Shown: piece after piece, positions 1 through 11,083 of the stretch | Numbering within the stretch: the first letter of the stretch is position 1 | Layout: each line of letters opens with the position of its first letter | DNA from: Octopus vulgaris | Taxonomy: Eukaryota | Reading direction: 5' to 3' | DNA: 64,000 bases | Assembly: GCA_951406725.2 (NCBI GenBank) | Contig: OX597830.1 | Location: forward strand, 43,090,001-43,154,000 | The notes under the pieces: generated by a model | What the model was told of the DNA's origin: nothing | Database searches by the model: none | What the model saw: only the letters and a program-made list of their open reading frames with translations | Program-made: the position numbers and the translations under genes

Positions 1-155
1 AATCAAATACTGATGAAATCTCACATTGAATAGAGTATCTTTGTACTACATTGTTAATTATCTTGTAATGTTAACTGTAGATACAGTTATTTTATATAAA
101 TATTAACAAATGATTAATTATCGCTACTTAATTTTTAACATTATTTATCTTTCAG

Positions 156-330
156 ATGCAAGACCTTGGATATTTTATCGTAATTCTGTTTATCTTAATG
201 ATTGCCTATGGCATTGCTTCCCAGTCAATTCTCTATCCAAGTGCACCAGTTTCATATGATTTGTTTAAAAAAGTATTTAGGAAAGCTTATTTTCATATGT
301 ATGGAGAACTTTTTCTTGACGAATATGAAG
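156..330 (+). CDS. TRPM: TRPM channel internal exon (S5 helix and pore helix/filter)
   Basis: tttcag acceptor at 150-155 and GT donor at 331; translates MQDLGYFIVILFILMIAYGIASQSILYP...AYFHMYGELFLDEYE, the TRPM S5-pore signature. Upstream exons lie outside the window. Confidence 0.95.
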
Positions 331-499
331 GTAAACAAATTTGGTATAATTTTTCACTTTCTTTCAAGTCATTTGACAGAAATAATGGCTTGCAAACATT
401 TTTTGAGTATTGTATTTACGTGGAATGTGTTAGCAGAAATTATAAATATAGTCAAGTACATCAACATCAAAATCAAATCATATGACAATCAAATGGAAA

Positions 500-823
500 C
501 AGTATCTGTGCTGGTGGCATGTAAAAAGCACCACCCGAATGTGGCTGATGCCAGTGCCACCTTGACTGGCTTCCGTGCCGGTGGCACGTAAAAAGCACCA
601 TCCGATTGTGGTCAATGCCAGCTCCTCTGGCCCCTGTGTCGGTGGCACGTAAAAAGTACCCACTACACTCTTGGAGTGGTTGGCAATAGGAAGGGCATCC
701 AGCTGTAGAAACAGTTCCCAGATAAGATTGGAGTTGGGTACAGCCTCCTGGCTTCCCAGACCCCAGTCGAACCATCCAACCCATGCCAGCATGGTAAACG
801 GACGTTAAACGATGATGATGATG
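500..823 (+). mobile_element. RTE-type 3'-end repeat (RTE LINE 3' UTR or related SINE) with (GAT)n tail
   Basis: ggttggcaataggaagggcatccagctgtagaa...ccatgccagcatgg...gacgttaaacgatgatgat; the same sequence adjoins RTE coding remnants at 15386, 21238 and 36400. Confidence 0.8.
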
Positions 824-1210
824 ACATTTTTAACTCTCTACATTTTAAAATGGAATCATTTCAGATTCAACTTTGCTTTCATCCATCTGTTATCAATACA
901 TTAAGTCCTTGTATTATTTATAATTTGACTCAGTCTAGGTAAAAAAACTGTCCATGAGCTCTACCAATTTATGCATTTTCTATTTTTAACAATATTTTGG
1001 ATAACATGACCGATACCATCACATTGTAATGTCTTCTTTATGCTCCATCTAAGAAGAAATATGCTTTATCCTATATTACCTAATGGTAGTTGAAACAAGA
1101 GCATAAAGGAAATTATTAGATATTATTTCAGGAATATGTCAATCACGTCTTTAAATTCAGTGTTTGACAATGTAAAAGTCATCATCACCATCACCATCAT
1201 TGATGATGAT

Positions 1211-1414
1211 AATTCTTTCTACTATAGGTACAAGGGCTGAAATTTGAGGTAGAGGGCTAGCTGATTACATCAATCCCAGTACTCAACTGGTAATTAATTT
1301 ATTGATCCTGAAAGGATGAAAGGCAAAGATGACTTCATTGGAATTTGAATCCAGAACAGGAAGGCTGAAATGCTGCTGAGCATTTTGCTTGCTGTGTTAA
1401 CAATTCTGCCACCT
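1211..1414 (-). mobile_element. tRNA-derived SINE (AAT-tract family)
   Basis: Reverse B-box-like ggaatttgaa and the core gcctttcatcctttc...gatcaataaattaattaccag; many copies in the window. Confidence 0.8.
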
Positions 1415-1435
1415 TTATAATAATAATAATAATTA

Positions 1436-4133
1436 ATTCTTTTTATTGGCCACAAGGGCTGACACACATGATTAGGAAACATAAAGGGACAAAACAGGAC
1501 GAAAGGTTACAAAGGGTTTTGTCTGTTTTTGAAAAAATCCGAGTAAAAACTGTTTAACAACGAAAGATTATAACAATGAAAAAAACTCCCAATAGGGGAG
1601 GCGCTTCGAAAGGTTCCTGGTGGAAAAAACCCCATAAAAGCCAACAGGAGCCTGGTCAAAAGGGGGTAGAGAGCCCCTTTCTCCTTTTATAAAACCTTTT
1701 TCAATCACAGGCGAAACCTGAGAATTGGTCCATTTATACTGGCCATTCTCGCACAATTCACCCACCTTTCAGAAAACTTGCTATCGGACAGCACTCTCCT
1801 CTCTAACCTCATCTTCCTTTTCAAATGAAACTTGAAAAAGTTGATGAGGCCTTGTCCAAAGAGGAAAGTGTCTGACTTTAGCCCTTTCAAACGGGTCCAC
1901 CATACAACCTCTTTAGCCACAGCCACTAGGCACAGGGAAACAGCTTCACCCTCCTTGTTAAAGGAGGTCGGTGGGTCAATCTTCATTATGGATTCGGCCG
2001 ATAGCCAGATCCGTCCTACACGTGACAGTAGCTGTTCGACATAAACCCATTGTTCAGCAATACTAGGGCACTGGACGAGTGCATGCTGAACGGTTTCGTC
2101 ATCCTGGCAACACCTCGGGCAGGCTCGGCTGACGGCACTTCCGTGCCGGTAGAGTTTATCCCGAACAGGCAGAGCCCTTCAGTAGCACTGCCAGGCGAGC
2201 GACCTCTGGAAATTGTCCATCGGCCCCAGCCCGAAAGCCCTCCCGAACAGGCCGCTCAGTTCGTTATCGTCAACCCCTAGAGTTTCCCCGAGAACGTCGT
2301 CGCATTTTTCCTCCACAAACCCTCTATAGAACGCTAGAGTGGAGCTGAAACCGATCGCATTGCCTGCCTGGCGGAGGGTGGAGAGAGCTCGACAGCACTC
2401 GAGGTGCCAAGCGCCCTTTCTCGGTCTACGTTTGATCCAGGTCTGCAGCTCTGTCAAAGAGACGAGCTGTGGAAAGTCACGTCTGACAAAAGACGACCAC
2501 ACCTGATCACCATCTAGGAAACGCTTGAGATGTCGCAGCCTGAGCGCATGTCTGTGCATCTGTAACCACGGCATGCCAAGGCCTCCGTTCAGCGGTCGTT
2601 GACAGCAGATGGATCGCCTGACCAGTGGCACCTGACCCTTCCACAAAATGTCGAAGAGCAGGCGTACCAGCTTGGCCAACCAGTGGTTGGGACAAGGGAC
2701 GACAGTCAAGCGGTAATAGATGATGGATGCGATGTATGCATTCGCCACCTCCACTCGACCTTTCAGGGACAGCTTCCTCTCAGCCCATTTCTGGGTGAGA
2801 CGTGCCACCATGCTCGTCACTTCTTCCCAGTTTTTATCCACCTGGCGGTCCGGACCGAGCCAGACCCCGAGCAGTTTAACGGGCCCGTCTGTCCAGTGCC
2901 CTACGACGCTGTTGGACAGCATGGGCTTGCCTCTCCAGGTGCCCAGTTGCAAGCCCACAGACTTTTCCGCGTTAATCTTTGCCCCTGTCACCGCTTCGTA
3001 CTCGTTTAGTGTCTTGCCAATCAGGCCAATGTGCCTGTGGCTCAACACCATCACGGTGACGTCGTCGGCATAGGCAGACATGCTGTTTCCGCCTCCTAGA
3101 TTGCGCGGGATACCCCTCAAAGCCTCCAACTTGCGCAGTAATGGCTCGAGAGTCAATATGTACAAGAGGGAGTAGAGAGGGCATCTTTGGCGGACCGAAC
3201 GCGAGATGTCGAACGGTTCCGAAAGGTGACCGTTCACCCGTATCACCGAGCAGATGTTGCTGTATAAAGCAGCGATCCACCCGCGGAAGACTGGACCGAA
3301 GCCGGCTGCCAGGTACCAATGGTCGACCCTATCGAAGGCTTTACTCTGATCTAAGTTGATCAAAGCCCCACCCGTGCCAGCGTTGTTACCCACCCTCTCT
3401 ATGATGTAGCGCATGAGATGGAGGTTGTCGTGTATCGACCTGGTCGGCACGGCGCATGTCTGCATCTTGCCGACCAGCTTGTCCATGACAAGCGCCAATC
3501 TCTTGGCTAGCACCTTGGCCAAAATCTTCAACTCTGCATTGATGGGCCGAAAATTCCCTATAACATCCCCCTTGTTTGGGTCCTTTTTTAGCAAAGCCAC
3601 CACCCCTCGACAGACAAAAGCAGGAATTCTCCCGTTTTGCTGCCAGTTGCAGTAGACGTTTGCCAACAGGCCCGCAAACAAGTCTGGCATTGAAGTGTAA
3701 AGCTCATAGGGCAGACCATCCAAACCCGGCGATCTACCTCTCGTGCAACTCTTCATCGCTTCCTCCACTTCCCAGGCAGATATCGGTCCTTCGCAGCACT
3801 CTGCCTCGCTGTCCGAGAGTTGTGGTAGGCTGTCCAGGTACACACCGAAGTCTGCACCATTGTGCGTTCCACCGCTCGTCTCAAACAGTTGAGCAAAGTG
3901 CCGCTGAAACACCGTACACATCTGCTTCAGTTCAGTAACCTCGCGCCCGTTCTGGTCCACCAAAGATCGAATGGTTGCTTTGTTGCCTCGCTTCGCCTCC
4001 GCCACGCGGGCCCATCGAGCGGCTCTAGTCCCCTCCCCGCTTAGCGAATGTGCCTTAGCTCTAACAACGCAGCCTTCGTGTTTGGCGTCAAAGTGTTGGT
4101 TGAGGGCCAACCTTGCCGCCAACACGTCGGTCG
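1436..4133 (-). mobile_element. Tx1/L1-clade non-LTR retrotransposon, 5'-truncated, in TRPM intron
   Basis: RT motifs SPGLDGLP, NFRPI, LDQSKAFDRV, GGLG and AYADD; CCHC finger CPRCCQDDETVQHALVQC; markedly GC-richer than its flanks; probable 9-bp TSD taataatta (1427-1435 and 4134-4142). Confidence 0.92.
1705..4133 (-). pseudogene. LINE ORF2 remnant (RT and zinc finger, no endonuclease)
   Basis: ORF 2179-4125 reads through a single TGA (2179-2181) in frame into ORF 1705-1986; small in-frame deletions near RPI/NAELK. Confidence 0.88.
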
Positions 4134-4188
4134 TAATAATTACAATAAAATGATTATTATTTTTACAATGAGAAGAAGAATCCTTTTA

Positions 4189-4189
<1 letters not shown>

Positions 4190-4243
<54 letters not shown>
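4190..4243. repeat. (AGT)n microsatellite
   Basis: Pure tandem agt run. Confidence 0.95.
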
Positions 4244-4244
<1 letters not shown>

Positions 4245-4249
4245 ATAAC

Positions 4250-5140
4250 AATCCTTTCTACTAAAGGCACAAGGCCTGAAATTTGGTGGGAGGGAACTAG
4301 TCAATTACAGAGTTTCACTGGTAATTAATTTATTGACCCTGAAAAGTAAAGACCACCTCGGTGGGATCTGAACTCAGAATGTAGCAGTGGGTGAAATACC
4401 ACAAAGCATTTTGTCCGACATGCTCACTGCTTTTATTATAATAATAATGATGATGATGATGATGGCTTCAAATTTTTCCACAAGGGCAGCCATTTTGGGA
4501 GAGGGGATGTGTTGGTCACATTGCCCCCAGTGTTTCAACTTGTATTTAATTTATTGATCCTGAAACAATGAAAGGCAAAGATGACTCCATTGGAATTTGA
4601 ACTCAGAATGTAGTGATGGGTGAAATACTGCTAAGCATTTAGTCTGGTGTGCTAATGATTCTGCAAGCTCACCGGCTTTATAATAATAATAATAATAATC
4701 CTTTCTACTGTAGGCACAAAGCCTGAAATTTTGGGGAAGGGTTGAAGTTGATTACATTGACCCCCAATGCTCAACTGGTACTTAATTAATTGACTGCAAA
4801 AAGGGGAAAGACAAAGTAGCAGCAACAGACAAAATACCACTAAGCATTTTGCTTGGCATGCTAACGATTCTGCCAGCTTGCTTCTTTTATAATAATAATA
4901 ATAACAATAATAATAAAAATAAAAATCCTTTCTACTGGAAGCACAAGGCCTCAAATTTGTGGGAAGGGATTAAGTCGATTACATCAACCCCTGTGTATAA
5001 CTGGTAGTAATTTTATCGATCCCAGAAGGATGAAAGGCAAAGTTGACCTCAGAGGAATTTGAACTTAGAATGTAATGGCAGATGAAATACTGCTAAGCAT
5101 TTCACCCAGCATGCTAACGATTCTGCTAGCTCACCACCTT
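4250..5140 (-). mobile_element. Array of four AAT-family SINE copies separated by (AAT/GAT)n
   Basis: Copies at about 4250-4432, 4463-4677, 4697-4885 and 4924-5140, all in the same orientation. Confidence 0.85.
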
Positions 5141-5377
5141 ATTAATAATAATAATTGTCAAATGATGATGATGATGAATATCTTTTTTTCTTTCTTTTCC
5201 ATTTCTTCTCTTTTTATTCTTTCACATAACTTGATTTTGTAAATGAACAACTTGGAGTATTTATTTTAATGGCCTATCAATGTAAGTTTCTTTACTATAG
5301 GTGTTGGGAAGACACTCAGCAAGAAATGGGAACAAAATTAAAAAAGAAGAAAACTAATAATAATAATAATAATAATA

Positions 5378-5409
<32 letters not shown>

Positions 5410-5945
5410 GTGAAAGCACATGGCTCAGTGGTTAGAGAGTGAGCTTATGACCATAAGATCGTGAGTTCAATTCCTGGACTGGGTTGTGTAATGTGTTCTC
5501 GAGCAAGACACTTTATTTCAAGTTGCTCTAGTCCACTCATCTGGCAAAAATGAGTAGTATCTATATTTCAAAGGACCAGTTTTGTCACATTCTGTGTCAT
5601 CTTGAATCTCCATGAGAACTACATTAAGAATAGATGTGTCTATGGAGTGCTCAGCCACTTGCAGGCTAATTTCATGAGCTGGCTGTTCCAGTGATCGGAT
5701 TGACTGGAACCCTCATCATCATAGCTGACAAAATGCCAGTTTTTCATTAAAACATTTATTAGTTCTCACTGGTGCCAAGCTGTATTGGCCTTTGCCTTTC
5801 CCTTGGATAACATAAGTGGCATGGATAAGAAAGGGGGGCTGGTATGCATGGGTGACTGCTGGTTTTCCATAAACAACCTTGCTTGGACTTGTGCCTAGGA
5901 GGAAAACTTTCTAGGTGCAATCCTATGGTCATTCTTGACCTTACA
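5410..5945 (+). mobile_element. tRNA-derived SINE followed by the tail of a second SINE
   Basis: A box tggctcagtgg and B box gagttcaattcc. The 5560-5740 tail matches 45855-46030; the 5765-5945 tail matches 23270-23460. Confidence 0.8.
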
Positions 5946-6168
5946 CTTAATAACAATGATAATAATAATAATTTCCTACAATAGAGAATTCGTGCAAGAG
6001 TACCAGGCTCCAATTTATTACTGTTTGACTGTTTCATAACAACTCACAAAAACCGTGTTGCCAACACCTTACTTAGAGGAAGATTTCTTAAGTAAAAGTT
6101 TAAGATGCTATTATAATATGATTATAATTGTTATAATATTTAATGATTTTTCATTGGCTTTGTTTCAG

Positions 6169-6295
6169 AAAATTGTGATGCGAGCAACAGCACATGTCCT
6201 TCTGAACTTGGATTATACATTGCACCAATTTTGATGTGTATATATATTTTACTAACAAATATTTTACTTCTCAATTTACTGATTGCCATGTTCAG
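6169..6295 (+). CDS. TRPM: TRPM exon (outer pore loop and S6)
   Basis: tgtttcag acceptor and gtaag donor, phase-compatible with the previous exon; ENCDASNSTCPSELGLYIAPILMCIYILLTNILLLNLLIAMFS includes the canonical NLLIAMF S6 motif. Not in the ORF track. Confidence 0.95.
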
Positions 6296-6567
6296 GTAAG
6301 AACTTTTCCTTGAAATATGTGTGAATATATGTGCTAATGAAGTTTTAATAAGTGGGTAACTATAGTTACTGGATTACATTTTTGAATAATTGCAATGAAA
6401 ATAAAATAGAAACATATGAAAAAACTATTATTATTAAAGACATTAAATTTCATTTTTAAATTAATAAAATATATTTCAATTTGTTGTGACAAAATCCAGA
6501 ATGTTACTGACACTAAATTTTTTATAAAATTCATCAGTTAATGTATGCTGTATTAGCCTCTTGCTCC

Positions 6568-6569
<2 letters not shown>

Positions 6570-6618
<49 letters not shown>
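6570..6618. repeat. (CT)n microsatellite
   Basis: Pure ct run. Confidence 0.95.
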
Positions 6619-6622
<4 letters not shown>

Positions 6623-7360
6623 CCCACCTCTAAATATATTCATATGTACTGGGTACTGTTAAACAGTCTCATTAAAACATTAAAGAATTAAACATTGACA
6701 AACCAATAAAATGCAAAAAGTACCACCATGGATTAGAAAAATGTAAGATGATTAATTATGCGATGATACACATCAAATTCAAACAAGCAATTAACAACAC
6801 TTCTAATCGACAAAAATTAAAAAATAAATTAAGAAACATGTTTAGAGATGATAAAAATGAAAACCCTTGATTGCCCATAACCATGAATTAAAAGCTACCA
6901 GTATGAAACCCTTTCCTCAGAAGAGAATAAATGAAAAAAACAAAGAAATTAACAAGAGATTCAGTCAGAATCAGTTACTAGTGTTTATAGAGACAAAGGG
7001 TTAGTCAATAAAAACAGAGGCTCTTTCTCTGGATGATGCAGATTCATTCTGGAGACAAAAATGAGTTTAACCAGGTTATTATATAGCCAGAAGAATTCTG
7101 AAAGAAATATTGTTCTGAATATTGCATCAGTATCAATGGTGAATTCCTTAAAAATGTGATTGGAGAATTTCAGAAGAGGAAACACCGAGAAGACACCTGA
7201 TTGTCAGCGACCTTTATAAAAACAAAAAGTTGATATATTGGATACTAGTTATGGATCTTAAATTGTACACTCTAATGTCAAATTGGCTGGTATTGGCAGA
7301 AATGTGACTGATACTGACTTGGTTACTGGTCGTTGTATGCTAGAATATGAAGTATAGCGT

Positions 7361-7362
<2 letters not shown>

Positions 7363-7419
<57 letters not shown>

Positions 7420-7452
7420 AACACACACACACACACACATACACACACACAC
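7363..7452. repeat. (CA)n microsatellite
   Basis: ca run with a few interruptions. Confidence 0.95.
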
Positions 7453-7599
7453 AAGTAACTAAAATGAAAGGAATTTGGAGATTTACTGAGAAACATCTAC
7501 ACAGTGAAACTGTAATGTCAGAAGTGTGATGGCACAGAAAGTGTTTGGTTACTGTCTCACTGAGGCCTTGCTAAATTCTTGGTGATTAGGAAATTAAAT

Positions 7600-7940
7600 A
7601 TAGGCTATATACAGGTATATGTTACTGATAAGATAAAATATCACAGGGTTGTATAATGCTGTTCATAATTGCTGTGGACATGTTTTTGTTGAGAAGTTTT
7701 GATGAAGACATCATGGGTCACAGGAAATTTCCACATCAATAGTGATATCGATAGCTTCTACCTAAAATGCAAATAAGGAGGCAATGGTTTGCCATCAATT
7801 AAAGCAATCTTTGAAGGACAAACGAGATTCCATTCAAAGTATCTTGTAATCACCAAGCATCAAAGTGCATCCATGAATCAAGTATATAGAAACACAAAGC
7901 AGAAAAATCATGCGAGTTGGAAAGGAAATGTTAGAAAATA
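7600..7940 (+). mobile_element. Decayed RLE-type (R4/NeSL-like) LINE fragment
   Basis: Around 7720-7800 it translates GNFHINSDIDSFYLKCK*GGNGL, matching the post-RT H..SD.DRLY..R..GG.GL motif; contains stops. Confidence 0.55.
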
Positions 7941-9763
7941 ACTGATGACCAGGAATACGCATCCAAGTAATTTGCACATCTCTATCACAATAGAACACGA
8001 CACAAAAGGTTTTCTGCTTATCAGTAGGAGTTCATTCCTCCTCCTCCTCCTCCAATGAGTTGGAGGACTGCATTATGTTCCAATGTCTGCTTTATCATGG
8101 TTTCTATGGTTGGATGCTCTTCTTAATGCTAACCACTTCTCTAAATTTACTGAGTGCATCAGTACTAGTGAGGCTGCTATTTAACTCACAAATCTAGAAT
8201 CTTCCTTGAATGACTGGGGCTATAGAAAAGAAAAGCGGCAGCTTTATGCCAGGTAGTGAGAGGTAAAGGTGTGAAAGAAAGGACAGAAATGGGTGTTTGG
8301 TTGCAGAGGAAATACAAGGCTACCTCATGTTATATAAGAATGGATGAGAGTAATCAGGGTAGAGTTGGAAAGTGAGATAAAGATGGAAGTGGGGAGTTGT
8401 CAGGGTTCCATCAAGATACAAGGTAAAGAGAAGAGAGAAGGGAGCACAGAAGAATAGGAAGAGGGGTGGGAAGAGGTAACTAGAATGTATGGGGAGAGAT
8501 GGGATAGTGGTGGGGATAAAGAAAGTGAATAGTGAACAAGGTTGGAGGAGTGGTTGATGATAAATGAGTTGGAGGGAAGATAGGGGAGGGTAAGTGATGT
8601 CGGGCAATAGAGAAAGGACGAAGAGCAGCAGAATAGTAATAATGCTGTAAACAGGAGAATGGTGAAGGAAAGGGAGATGATGGCTAGGTTGCAAGAATGT
8701 GTGGGGAGAGTAAGAGATGTATGGTGATGGGTGGGTCAATAGGAAATGGTTCAGGAGAAATTGAGAGATAATTGGAGGCACAAAATGCTGATCATTATAA
8801 AATGTGAAGAGAGAGTGAGAATTTTAAGAATGAAGGGTGGAAGTCAATAGAAGTAGTTCCTGGTAATGGGAGAAATAACTGGTAAATGACTGGTATTCAG
8901 ACTGAGTTTAAAAAAAAAGAAATTACTTTCCTTCAACAACAGCATAAATATTGATACAAATAATAACATCAACAGTACTACCAAATCTGTCTGTTATCTA
9001 AAATAGAGTAAGTAGTCTTCTCATTTTGCTTTTTCTTTGCATTTGAATCAAGATGTACTCCAGTGCTATAAAAAATAAAAAGTCTGAGAAAATCCTTCTA
9101 CAAGTTATATAAAGTAGTTGAAAAATTCACTGAGATGAATGAAGCTTACACAAACTTAAATTATTTCATGATTAAAGAGCTCCAACAACTGGTATCTTTC
9201 TTTGTCACCAAAATGACTGTTCCTGATTGTTGGGCACAGTACCTCGTAATATTTGTTCTAACCTTCTGCACTTTGAGTTCAGATCCCACCCAGGTCAACT
9301 TTACCTTTCACCATTACTGTGTCACAAAAGAAAATGTACTTATCCAGAGTTGTATAGCTTTTAGAATGTCAGGCAAGTTACCTTGCAGTATTTGTTCTGT
9401 ATTTGCATTCCCCCTGCAAAGCCTGTAACAACATCAAGCTGCATTGGCCCAATTTGGCAATTTTTTCTGTTAATAAACATCAGCAGTATGGATGCATGGG
9501 CAACTGTCCACTCCCCTAAAAATATTTTGCCTGGATTTGGTTATACATGCGAAGATGTATGTTCAATGTTGACTGGCAGAGGCCCTGAAAATATATAGAA
9601 ATATTGATACTATATGTATTGATGCAATATGTATTAAATAGAAATAAATTTAATTTGTTTGTTGTTGATTGATTCTTTTAAAATAGGGTTTAATTTAATA
9701 TTATTGAAAGCTCAAAATGGAAATTAATTCTGTTCTGTAATGTTTTTTGGTTTTTATTTTCAG

Positions 9764-9954
9764 TAATACTTTTCAAAGAGTGCAGGAAAAAAGTCGTCTC
9801 CATTGGTCCTTCCAAAGATATGAACTAATCTTTGAGTTCTCTATCCGCCCTCCTCTGCCTCCTCCTTTCATACTGCTCTGTAACATCTACCAGGCCTGTC
9901 GCTATCTGTGTGAAAAAGCAAGTCGTAAACAACCTAATAGAAAATCTGCATTTT
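9764..9954 (+). CDS. TRPM: TRPM exon (TRP helix, TRP box, proline-rich segment)
   Basis: ttttcag acceptor and gtaaat donor; NTFQRVQEKSRLHWSFQRYELIFEFSIRPPLPPPFILL contains the TRP box WxFQR and the PPLPPPF motif. Confidence 0.95.
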
Positions 9955-10537
9955 GTAAATACCTTTTTCCTTGTTTTATTTCTATTATTTGTGATTTTCC
10001 AAATTTGTACTTCTGCATATTATTGGATACAGTTTTTACTGTTAGCGATATTTTGTATCAATATGCTACACAACGTAGGTATATGCAATGAACTTGTTTG
10101 TTAGTCATAGCAACATCAGTTAGCCATAGCAAAGGTTCCACTAAAATATTTTGGGTGTATTACCATTATAATCCATAGCCACAACAGCCCAATCTTCTTC
10201 ATAACCACTACACTTTATTACCATTCCTTGCATTGCCTCTATAACTCTTTGTGTTGCCATTATGTTTCATAAACTCTTATATATTCAAGTGCATTCCACA
10301 GTCACTACATCCTTACCTGTTTGTTAGCACTAAACAATCTAGTAACTACATCATAATATTTGTACTACCACTCTGTTGATTGCCTGAGACCTCAACCTCT
10401 GATGGTGACATAGGAGTACTTTAGGACTTACAGTTCACCAAACTTTTCTATCTGATGTGGTATTGTATCAGACCTGGGATCCATTTTGTCATGTTAGTCA
10501 TACATCTTTCATTCCTTCTACATAATTTTCCCACCGT

Positions 10538-11083
10538 TGTTCTTTGAAAAACAAGATCTAGTAATCTTTGCAAGACCACAGCTCTTTGAAAAACAAGATC
10601 TAGTAATCTTTGCAAGACCACAGCTCTTTGAAAAACAAGATCTAGTAATCTTTGCAAGACCACAGCTCTTTGAAAAACAAGATCTAGTAATCTTTGCAAG
10701 ACCACAGCTCTTTGAAAAACAAGATCTAGTAATCTTTGCAAGACCACAGTTCTTTGAAAAAGAAGATTTAGTAATCTTTGCAAGACCACAGCTCTTTGAA
10801 AAAGAAGATTTAGTAATCTTTGCAAGACCACAGCTCTTTGAAAAAGAAGATTTAGTAATCTTTGCAAGACCACAGCTCTTTGAAAAACAAGATCTAGTAA
10901 TCTTTGCAAGACCACAGTTCTTTGAAAAAGAAGATTTAGTAATCTTTGCAAGACCACAGTTCTTTGAAAAAGAAGATTTAGTAATCTTTGCAAGACCACA
11001 GTTCTTTGAAAAAGAAGATTTAGTAATCTTTGCAAGACCACAGTTCTTTGAAAAAGAAGATTTAGTAATCTTTGCAAGACCAC
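10538..11083. repeat. 42-bp minisatellite, 13 near-identical units
   Basis: Unit g(c/t)tctttgaaaaa(c/g)aagat(c/t)tagtaatctttgcaagaccaca; only three variable sites. Confidence 0.97.

Noticed and set aside
331-485. ORF-track extension of the first TRPM exon (and likewise 9955-10091, 56012-56098, 61045-61179)
   Set aside because: Read-through past clear splice sites into intron; family similarity stops at the splice junctions.
1436-4133. Bacterial insertion, retron or group II intron suggested by high GC and an RT
   Set aside because: The motifs, CCHC finger, 5' truncation and TSD are those of an L1/Tx1-clade LINE.
8320-8781. 153-aa minus-strand ORF
   Set aside because: Low-complexity L/P/S/F/H content caused by pyrimidine skew; no recognisable domain.
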